From Planctomycetota bacterium (GTDB lineage: Bacteria; Planctomycetota; Planctomycetia; Isosphaerales; Isosphaeraceae), in NCBI GenBank assembly GCA_021791715.1, contig JAJYWB010000009.1, positions 41,272 through 105,271 on the forward strand: a DNA stretch of 64,000 nucleotides. The letters run 5' to 3'. The notes under the pieces are model-generated. The model saw only the letters and a list, made by a program, of their open reading frames with translations. It made no database searches and was not told where the DNA came from. The position numbers and the translations under genes are program-made. Below are positions 56,983 to 64,000 of the stretch, in pieces (position 1 is the first letter of the stretch; the number at the start of each line of letters is the position of its first letter).

Positions 56983-57978
56983 ATGACTCATCCGATTCGC
57001 GTCGCCGTGACGGGAGCGGGGGGCCAGATCGGCTACGCCTTGATTTTCCGGATCGCGTCGGGGGGGATGTTCGGACCGAATCAACCCGTCGCGCTTAGCT
57101 TGCTTGAGATCACACCGGCGCTTCCCGCGCTCAACGGCACGCTGATGGAGCTCGAGGATTGCGCGTTCCCGTTGCTGGGAGACGTGATCGCGACCGACCG
57201 CGCCGAGCAGGCGTTCGCCGGCGCGGATTGGGTGATTCTGGTCGGCGGCTTGCCGCGTAAAGAGGGGATGACCCGCGGCGATCTCATTCGCGCGAACGGG
57301 CCGATCTTCACCACGCAAGGGAAGGCGATCAACGACGCGGCGGCTTCGGGGGTGCGGATTCTCACGGTCGCCAACCCGTGCAACACCAACTGCCTGATCG
57401 CGCGATCGCACGCCCCCAAAGTTCCCGCTGAAAATTGGTTCGCGATGACTCGACTCGACCAGAATCGAGCGACGGCTCAACTCGCCAAAAAGGCGGGCGC
57501 AGCGATTCGAGACGTTACGAACGTGACGATCTGGGGCAACCACAGCGACACACAGTATCCCGATTTTCGTCACGCCAAAATCGGCGGAAAACCGACGACG
57601 GACGTCATTAAAGACGCGACCTGGCTCAACGAAACGTTCGTGCCGACTGTCGCCAAGCGCGGCGCAGCGGTGATCAAAGCTCGCGGAGCGTCGTCGGCGG
57701 CTTCGGCGGCGAACGCGATCATCGACAGCGTCCGCTCGATCGTCAATCCCACGCCCGAAAACGATTGGTTCAGCGCGGGGGTCGTTTCCGAGGGCGCGTA
57801 CGGCGTTCCCAAAGGGGTCGTTTACAGCTACCCGCTCCGCACCGACGACGGAAAATCGTGGAAGATCGTCGAGGGAATCGAACTCGACGCCAACGATCGA
57901 ACCCGACTCGACGCCTCGGCGGCCGAACTCGTCTCGGAACGCGACGCCGTCAAAGATTTACTCGGCAAAGCGCTTTAA
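56983..57978 (+). CDS. mdh: malate dehydrogenase (NAD-dependent, LDH-like/cytosolic-type family)
   Basis: '[23 protein letters not shown]' NAD-binding. Substrate/catalytic blocks '[16 protein letters not shown]' and '[12 protein letters not shown]...TRLDQNRA', '[12 protein letters not shown]'. GGAG ~10 bp upstream of the ATG at 56983. Confidence 0.85.
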   Translation: MTHPIRVAVTGAGGQIGYALIFRIASGGMFGPNQPVALSLLEITPALPALNGTLMELEDCAFPLLGDVIATDRAEQAFAGADWVILVGGLPRKEGMTRGDLIRANGPIFTTQGKAINDAAASGVRILTVANPCNTNCLIARSHAPKVPAENWFAMTRLDQNRATAQLAKKAGAAIRDVTNVTIWGNHSDTQYPDFRHAKIGGKPTTDVIKDATWLNETFVPTVAKRGAAVIKARGASSAASAANAIIDSVRSIVNPTPENDWFSAGVVSEGAYGVPKGVVYSYPLRTDDGKSWKIVEGIELDANDRTRLDASAAELVSERDAVKDLLGKAL

Positions 57979-58056
57979 AACCGATTATCTTTGAATATTA
58001 TGACAAGAACGCCTCGTTGATTTTTCAATCGTCGAGGCGTTTTTCGCGCGCGTCGA

Positions 58057-58731
58057 TCAATCGAGAAACGTCACCTCGGATCGATCGGCGCCGATCGGGC
58101 GACGGCCGCGGGGGGAAGGCTCGTCGTCGTCGAGTTCGAGCCTGATCTCGAGATCGGGAACGACGGCGATATCGCCGAGGGGCGCGAGCGAACGAGACGA
58201 TCGGTTCGGGTCGCGTTCGAGATCGGGTTCGACCCGGCCGAGCGACGCGCGGATATCCGCGAGCGGTCGATGATCGACCGGAAACGTGAAGTTCCGTTGA
58301 TGCGCCGTCCAAAGCGCCGCGTCGCGATTGTAAGGGCTCCGAATATCATAATTATGATAACGCGCCATATCCCAGATCATCACGCATAAATCCGCGAGCG
58401 AAACTCCCGGCGCCCAGTGCGCCGCGTACGCTCCCAGACACACCATCCCCGTTTCGGATATATTGGGATGATAAATCGGCGTGAGCCAACGGAGAGCCGG
58501 AGGAGTGCGCGGGTAAGCCGCGGCGAGTTCGACCTCGACCTGATGCGAACTCCGCACAATCACGCGATCTCCCTCGCGCGCCAGGGATTTCCCGTGAAAC
58601 TCCAGCATGTACATACGAGGAGGTGAGCCGTTCGCCTGAAATCGAAAGATCGTGCTCTCTTCGCTCAGCCGAACGAGGGCTGCGTGATCGGATCGTAATC
58701 GTCTTATATGAGGCGATTCATAAGCCGCCAT
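58057..58731 (-). CDS. ubiquitin-conjugating enzyme E2-like (UBC fold) protein
   Basis: 'PPALRWLTPIYHPNISETGMVCLGAYAAHWAPGVSLADLCVMIWDMARYHNYDIRSPYNRDAALW' carries the UBC active-site signature HPN(I/V)x3-4Gx(I/V)CL with the catalytic Cys, followed by the W.P..s+..vl pattern. N-terminal half fits the UBC alpha1-beta-sheet (RRLRSDHAALVRL...). Confidence 0.7.
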   Translation of the reverse strand: MAAYESPHIRRLRSDHAALVRLSEESTIFRFQANGSPPRMYMLEFHGKSLAREGDRVIVRSSHQVEVELAAAYPRTPPALRWLTPIYHPNISETGMVCLGAYAAHWAPGVSLADLCVMIWDMARYHNYDIRSPYNRDAALWTAHQRNFTFPVDHRPLADIRASLGRVEPDLERDPNRSSRSLAPLGDIAVVPDLEIRLELDDDEPSPRGRRPIGADRSEVTFLD

Positions 58732-58834
58732 GTTCTTTGGTTCTCAAATGTGCTTCAGGACGAAACGAAGCCGCCTCTCGGCGACGTTTCGACCGGACGA
58801 CGAATCATTCGCAATTCGTACGATCCGAAACGTT

Positions 58835-59167
58835 TCAACCGATTCGACGAGCAAATCGTCGACGCCCGGCGTCCGCGCCCGCGACGACCTCGGGGTAGAC
58901 GATCAGGTGATCGCCGCTTTGAACCCCCGCCTCGACGAGCGTATGGCTTTCGAGCAGTCGACGACCGCCTTCTTTATGATCGAGCGCGTAGCTCATCGGC
59001 TGACCGTCGGGGCTCAGCGTCGGTAAGCTCATTTTGGTGATAATGTTGGGCAAAATACGGCTCACGGGCACGCTGAAAGCGATGACCGCTCGAACCGATT
59101 TCGAACCCGTTTGGTCCAGGAAGGTTACCTGAACTCCGTTGGGATCCGCCGACCCGCCTTGCGACAT
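58835..59167 (-). CDS. small beta-grasp / ubiquitin-like candidate protein ending in Gly
   Basis: 110 aa. GGAGG 9 nt upstream of the ATG. 'VQVTFLDQTGSKSVRAVIAFSVPVSRILPNIITKMSLP...LVEAGVQSGDHLIVYPEVVAG' fits a Ub-like beta-beta-alpha-beta-beta layout, with the 'SGDHLIV' penultimate strand. 13-aa tail ends ...RRIG. Confidence 0.5.
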   Translation of the reverse strand: MSQGGSADPNGVQVTFLDQTGSKSVRAVIAFSVPVSRILPNIITKMSLPTLSPDGQPMSYALDHKEGGRRLLESHTLVEAGVQSGDHLIVYPEVVAGADAGRRRFARRIG

Positions 59168-59333
59168 TTTCCAATGCCTCCTCTTTCGCTATTCGCTCAT
59201 TCCGCTTGAATATTGCGTCAAATCGCCGTCGGTCCGCGCGATCTCGTCAAAAAGCGTGCGCCCCGCGATCGATCGTACCAGGAAATCGATCCGATCGGCG
59301 TGATTCGCTTATCGACGCCATGCGAAAGCCCCG

Positions 59334-60278
59334 TTAAACAGCGACGCTCATCTTCCCCTGACAGCCGAAAATTGAACACCCGCCGATGTATTCCCAACAA
59401 TCGTGATGATAAGGAGTTCGGCACGCCGCGCAGACGACTCGACGCGTTTTGGGAAGGATCGGATCGCCGCAGACCTTGCAAATCGGCGGCCCGGTCTCGG
59501 CGAAATTCGCCGCTCCCACTTCCTTGATCGTAATCCCCTTCGACATCCTCGCCTGAATGCTTTTCCCGAGCGCGTCGAGCAAAACGAGCGACTCGTAAAC
59601 CATCCGTCCCAGGAGCTCGTCGTCGGTCCCCATATCGCGATCGATCTGGATCATCATCCGATCGGGATCGATCGAGACGAGAAAACTCGCGGGAAACGCC
59701 AGCCTGCCAAGATTCTCGACGGCGCGCCGACCCGAAAGCTCAAACACGCTCGTCGCAAGCTCGGGATCGTTGGAGAAAAGCTGAAAGGATCGATCGAAAT
59801 CGACGTCGCCGATCGGCACTTGACGAGCGCCTCGAGGCGATCGATGAATCGCATCGGGCGAAACCGGGGTCAACTCCATACGAAACGATTTATTCAATCG
59901 GCCGATCCGCGCGACGACACGCGACCGAGGATACGAGGGCCCTCGACGCGGTACCACGGGCGCCAGTCCAACGCGAACGAGAGCGCCGTTGTACAAAAAG
60001 CCGACGGTCGGCGGCTCACCAAACCCCCTCGGTTCGTATCGTCCCCGATACCGCTTCGCCAAACGCCGATACGCTCGGTAACGACGCTCGGACAACCGGC
60101 TCACGAAGAACGACGCGGCGCGAAGCACGAAATAGAGAAGGAGAAAAACTCCCCCCGTCCCGACCAATGAAATGATTGAAGAAGCCATGTGTTTGATCGG
60201 CCGACGCGACTCCCCGCGATCACGGCGAACGAGCCTTGATGAATCTCGATTGTATCGCGAACGAGGCTCACGCCGCAA
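59334..60278 (-). CDS. membrane-anchored protein with C-terminal C4HC3-type zinc finger (RING/PHD-like cysteine spacing)
   Basis: TM 'IISLVGTGGVFLLLYFVLRAASFFV'. C-terminus 'CKVCGDPILPKTRRVVCAACRTPYHHDCWEYIGGCSIFGC' = C-x2-C-x12-C-x2-C-x4-H-x2-C-x7-C-x4-C. True start may be the internal ATG at 60188. Confidence 0.5.
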   Translation of the reverse strand: MRREPRSRYNRDSSRLVRRDRGESRRPIKHMASSIISLVGTGGVFLLLYFVLRAASFFVSRLSERRYRAYRRLAKRYRGRYEPRGFGEPPTVGFLYNGALVRVGLAPVVPRRGPSYPRSRVVARIGRLNKSFRMELTPVSPDAIHRSPRGARQVPIGDVDFDRSFQLFSNDPELATSVFELSGRRAVENLGRLAFPASFLVSIDPDRMMIQIDRDMGTDDELLGRMVYESLVLLDALGKSIQARMSKGITIKEVGAANFAETGPPICKVCGDPILPKTRRVVCAACRTPYHHDCWEYIGGCSIFGCQGKMSVAV

Positions 60279-60398
60279 CGTGTTGAACGAACGCGCGGAA
60301 AAGGATCGGCGAGAAATCGCGAACGTCGCCGATCCGCTCAGGCGCGCGATCGAACTAGATTATTGAAATTAATAATCCAACGCGCGATCATGATTTAT

Positions 60399-61514
60399 TC
60401 ACGTCGTCTCCCGCGCCAATTCGCGGAGGACGTCGAGGCCGCGAGCCAAAACGTCGTCGGCGACGGCGTACGAGATTCGAAAATGCGTATCGCGATCGCT
60501 GAAAACCGACCCCGGAATGACGAGCAAATTGCGTTCGATCGCCCGCGCCGTGAACGGCGTCGCGGCGTTCCCCGGCGCTCGCGGAAACGCGTAAAACGCG
60601 CCTTGAGGACGCGCCAGATCATAAAGCTCGGCGAGCGCGTCGACGAGCAAATCGCGTTTGGCCTGATATTTCGCGCGGATCTCCCCCATATCGAACCCGA
60701 CCGCGGCGACACCGCCGTATTGTGAAACGCTCGGAGCGCAAACATAACTAAATTGCTGAAGCTTGGCCATTTCTTGAATCAACCGAGCCGGCCCGTGCGC
60801 GTAGCCGAGACGCCATCCCGTCATCCCGTGAGACTTGCTAAAACCGTCGATCACGAGCGTATCGGGATTCCACCGAGCCGGCGATTCGGAAGGAAAGTCG
60901 TAGGAGAACGATCGATAAACTTCGTCGCTGATCAAGAGAACGTCGCGTTTCCGACACAACTCGGCGAGAGAGCGCATCTCGTCGGGCGATGCGACGACGC
61001 CGGTCGGATTCGCGGGCGAATTCACGACGACGCACTTCGTTTTGGGACCGATCGCGGCGTTCACTCGTTCAATGTCGATGCGAAAATGAGGATATGTATC
61101 GACCGTTACCGATACGCCCCCCGCGAGAGTCGCCAGGTGACGATACATCGAGAAGCAAGGGTCGAAGACGATCATCTCGTCGCCCGGATCGAGGATCGAG
61201 CAAACCCCAAGCAAAAGCCCCCCCGAACTCCCCGACGTGATCAGAACTTGCCGATCCTGATGACCGTAAGCCGAATCAACCTCTTTCTGGAGGAGTTCGC
61301 GAAGCTCGGGAATGCCCTGGGTCACGGTGTACGCGTTGTGACCCGCCTCGATCGCGGCGATCGCGGCCGCCTTAACCGGGTTGGGAACGTCGAAATCGGG
61401 AAGACCGATCGAAAGATTGATCGGATCAACCATCGTCTTGGCCATGTCGAACGCCTTGCGGATTCCCGAGGCGTCGATTCGACGCATCCGCGCCGCGATC
61501 CAAGCTTCGTTCAC
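60399..61514 (-). CDS. pyridoxal-phosphate-dependent aminotransferase, class I/II (AspC-like)
   Basis: PLP-lysine block 'DGFSKSHGMTGWRLGYAHG'. 'VVVNSPANPTG' and 'LLISDEVY' blocks. Confidence 0.8.
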   Translation of the reverse strand: MNEAWIAARMRRIDASGIRKAFDMAKTMVDPINLSIGLPDFDVPNPVKAAAIAAIEAGHNAYTVTQGIPELRELLQKEVDSAYGHQDRQVLITSGSSGGLLLGVCSILDPGDEMIVFDPCFSMYRHLATLAGGVSVTVDTYPHFRIDIERVNAAIGPKTKCVVVNSPANPTGVVASPDEMRSLAELCRKRDVLLISDEVYRSFSYDFPSESPARWNPDTLVIDGFSKSHGMTGWRLGYAHGPARLIQEMAKLQQFSYVCAPSVSQYGGVAAVGFDMGEIRAKYQAKRDLLVDALAELYDLARPQGAFYAFPRAPGNAATPFTARAIERNLLVIPGSVFSDRDTHFRISYAVADDVLARGLDVLRELARETT

Positions 61515-62194
61515 GTTCCCGATCCTTCCAGGTCTTTCATCGGTGATCTTAAAGCAAACACCCGCGCGGCGATCGTTCGAGGCGGGTCGAGTTCGTCGCG
61601 CCGATAACCCTTAAAAAACGCGAGGAATCGACCTTCGATTAATATGGATCGAACCCCGAACATCGGCCGGATCGCTCGGGAGCGTCTCTCCTCACGCCGA
61701 CGAAGAATCATCGGCGCTCGAGCGTGTTCGGTCAAGTCTCGGACGTTGAGGAAAGCGAGACGGTTGGGAAGACGTTTGTATAGTCAGTATTTTCATTGAT
61801 TTTAATTGAATCAGTCGGTTTCAAATCAAGATCTGGCCAATATGATAGCGCGGTTGAATCGCGGGGACGCATAAGTCGGCGGAATTCGACCGGGTGGTAC
61901 GATAAGCCGGCAAGATTGGTCCGACTGACCTGTTTTGAGCGTTTTATCGGGATAATCGTCGCGTTCAGCCGGCCGAATTCGACCGACTCATGTCTTTTTG
62001 ATGAGAAATCCTGGAATTTTTACGCCCTCACTTCACATCGATCAAGCGGGCGGAATAATATCAGGGTGTCGAACGATCCGTTCGTCGGACGAACGATTTT
62101 TCGATCAGCGTGTCGACGTTACTGATAGTGAACAGTAGACTAGCAAGGAGGTGAATAAGTCGCCGACGGTTCCGAGCCTGGGGGGCCTGGGACG

Positions 62195-63187
62195 ATGGTG
62201 GATATCGCGACGCAACTACCAAACACGAACGAACCTCGCAAACATTCGACGATCCGTCCTGGCTGGACGAAGGTTCGGCGGCGTGGACCGTTGTTAAAAC
62301 CTTCGCGGTCCGCGGTTGAAGTGTACGGTCTCGACATCACCGCGGGATGTGCACACCGGTGCGGATACTGTTACATCCGAGGCTCCGCGGTTTATCCCGG
62401 AGAAGACAAGCTCCTGTTCGACCCCGACGTCGTCGAACGGTTGAGAAAGAATCTGGATTCGCTCGACGAGGCGCCTCGGCAGGTCGTCCTTTGTCCCAGT
62501 TGCGATCCCTTGCCGCCGATTCGTGAGATTCGCCGAGCGACGCTTCAAGTCGTCGAATTACTGCTGAGCCGCGGCATCCCGATCTCGATCATGACTCGCG
62601 GACGCATCGACAACGATCTGATCGAAGTGCTCGCCAAGCGGCGCGATCTCGTTCAAACCGCGATCGGCGTGACGACTCTCGACCGCAAACTGAGCAGAAC
62701 TCTTGAACCGTGGGCCGCGCCTCCGTGGAAACGGTGCCAGGGAATCAAACGACTGATCGCCGCCGAAATCCCGGTTGAAATCCGTCTCGAACCGATGATC
62801 GCGGGACTCACCGACACCCGCGAAAACCTTCGGCCTCTCTTCGGCGCCCTGGCGCGGCTCGGGGCGCGGCGTGTCGTCGCGCATTATTTATTCTTGCATA
62901 ATTCAATGGTTACTTCGCTGACCGAAGCGCTCGATACGCTCCGCGGCGGCGAGAAACTGCTTGAAGCTTATCAGGAAGGGCCGGAGTTCGCGCTCGGGTC
63001 GATCGGTCAAACGCGGCACCTACCCGTCGAGGATCGCCGCGCCGGGCTCGCTCGACTGACGGCGTGGGGCTCGGAGTTCGGCCTTTCGATCGAAACGGGA
63101 TCGACCCAAAATCCCGATCTCCGTCGCGCCGAACCGCAAGCGAAGCCGCAACCGCCGATCACGCCGATCATTCCCGCTCCCACATAA
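62195..63187 (+). CDS. radical SAM protein (spore-photoproduct-lyase / DNA-repair-photolyase-like family)
   Basis: 'GCAHRCGYCYIRG' CxxxCxxC cluster-binding motif near the N-terminus. TIM-barrel-like remainder. Confidence 0.65.
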   Translation: MVDIATQLPNTNEPRKHSTIRPGWTKVRRRGPLLKPSRSAVEVYGLDITAGCAHRCGYCYIRGSAVYPGEDKLLFDPDVVERLRKNLDSLDEAPRQVVLCPSCDPLPPIREIRRATLQVVELLLSRGIPISIMTRGRIDNDLIEVLAKRRDLVQTAIGVTTLDRKLSRTLEPWAAPPWKRCQGIKRLIAAEIPVEIRLEPMIAGLTDTRENLRPLFGALARLGARRVVAHYLFLHNSMVTSLTEALDTLRGGEKLLEAYQEGPEFALGSIGQTRHLPVEDRRAGLARLTAWGSEFGLSIETGSTQNPDLRRAEPQAKPQPPITPIIPAPT

Positions 63188-63351
63188 GCGGAATCGGCCC
63201 CACGCGATCGACCGAACTCGATATACGCATAATTATCATTGCAATCTCATGTAAATTGATTCGCGGACGGCGTTACGCGCCGATTGAAACACGGATAACG
63301 CGGCGTATGCGATTTCATGTATTTGAATAATATTAGGTCATCATATGCCCT

Positions 63352-64000
63352 TTAGTCGATCGCCACAATCGGAGCCAGGTCGCCGTCGGCGTTGAACTTG
63401 GCCAAAAGGAACGACGACCCGACATAATGGCCGAGAACCGCGCGGAGCGATTTCTTGGCGAGCGATCGATAAATCAAAAGCGAATCGCCGACTCCCCACG
63501 GCAACCGCGCCGCGAAAGCGATCCCGGGACGACACACCGACGATTTCTCGGAGACCGTCAGCTTCTTCCGACGTAAGATCGTCCGAGAAGGTATCGGACG
63601 CCAGACGATCGCGAGAGGAAGCCACAATCGACGTGCGCCTGGAATCGACGGCTGATTGAGGACCAGATATCTTTTTCCAGAATATTCCTCGACGCCAAGA
63701 CTTCCTTGATCGCTCGTACCGGGAAACGGGGATAACGCGAGCGGAACGACGACGACGCTCGCTCCTCGCTTCGCGATCAGTCGAATCGACGAACTTTCGG
63801 GTATCGATACCGCTTCGATCCCCTCCGGAATCTCGACGCGCAGGACCGCGCCTTGGCCTCGATTATCGACCTCCTCGGCGAGGATCGCGACCCCTTCGTT
63901 CCCGAGCAAAGCCGCGGTTCGCGTGACGTTGTTTCCTTTGGAACGCCACGTCCATTCAAACAGATGCGCGTTCGGTCCTTGAACCCAATGGATCGTCGGA
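63352..64000 (-). CDS. hypothetical protein, N-terminus runs off the window end
   Basis: The minus-strand frame stays open upstream of the Met at 63909 to base 64000. The segment 'SKGNNVTRTAALLGNEGVAILAEEVDN' loosely resembles the PfkB sugar-kinase N-terminus, but there is no C-terminal GAGD motif. Confidence 0.3.
   Translation of the reverse strand, partial: PTIHWVQGPNAHLFEWTWRSKGNNVTRTAALLGNEGVAILAEEVDNRGQGAVLRVEIPEGIEAVSIPESSSIRLIAKRGASVVVVPLALSPFPGTSDQGSLGVEEYSGKRYLVLNQPSIPGARRLWLPLAIVWRPIPSRTILRRKKLTVSEKSSVCRPGIAFAARLPWGVGDSLLIYRSLAKKSLRAVLGHYVGSSFLLAKFNADGDLAPIVAID

Noticed and set aside
1-64000. Search for transposases, integrases, phage structural genes, rRNA
   Set aside because: No DDE/tyrosine-recombinase/serine-recombinase signatures, no phage-like gene runs and no rRNA-like sequence were recognised by eye. 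Accessory patches are identified only by GC shift and content.

Overview
High-GC window with very frequent CGATCG. By inference it is planctomycete-like: Tat-signal DUF1501 protein, DUF1573-like protein, MfnB-type methanofuran gene, many secreted low-complexity proteins. About 45 supportable CDS and one tRNA-His.

Most of the window is chromosomal core metabolism: pyruvate:ferredoxin oxidoreductase with a DHOD-like partner, malate dehydrogenase, phosphohexomutase, ExbB/ExbD/ExbD, flotillin, aminotransferase, radical SAM, lactonase. AT-richer accessory patches and intergenic repeat structures interrupt it.

Features that stand out:
1. A minus-strand triad at 58.0-60.3 kb: membrane protein with C4HC3 zinc finger, then a small beta-grasp/ubiquitin-like protein, then a eukaryote-type UBC/E2 protein (HPNI..G.VCL active-site signature). 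This is a candidate bacterial ubiquitination-like module.
2. A three-gene cluster at 15.5-21.0 kb in which every protein carries an HlyD-like periplasmic adaptor domain, fused to tandem GAF sensors, to nothing, or to a PqqD-like (RRE-like) domain plus an M50 intramembrane metalloprotease. No transporter partner is present in the window.
3. An orphan RHS core/C-terminal fragment with a Gly/His-rich tail, followed by an AT-rich gene pair: a C-terminal Hint-domain protein and a TPR protein.
4. Two unrelated intergenic higher-order tandem repeat arrays (6.19-6.96 kb and 45.33-45.90 kb). Both look CRISPR-like at first glance but are not.
5. A ~290-bp non-coding leader present in two copies 41 kb apart, in front of two different secreted-protein genes.
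6. A ~130-bp promoter/leader duplication that includes the first 11 codons of an ArnT-like GT39 gene.
7. A DisA_N (diadenylate cyclase)-like protein whose RHR motif is replaced by RTT.
8. hicBA toxin-antitoxin pair, an archease without RtcB, and a zinc-ribbon membrane protein translationally coupled to an M50 protease.

No transposase, integrase, CRISPR-cas or rRNA was recognised.
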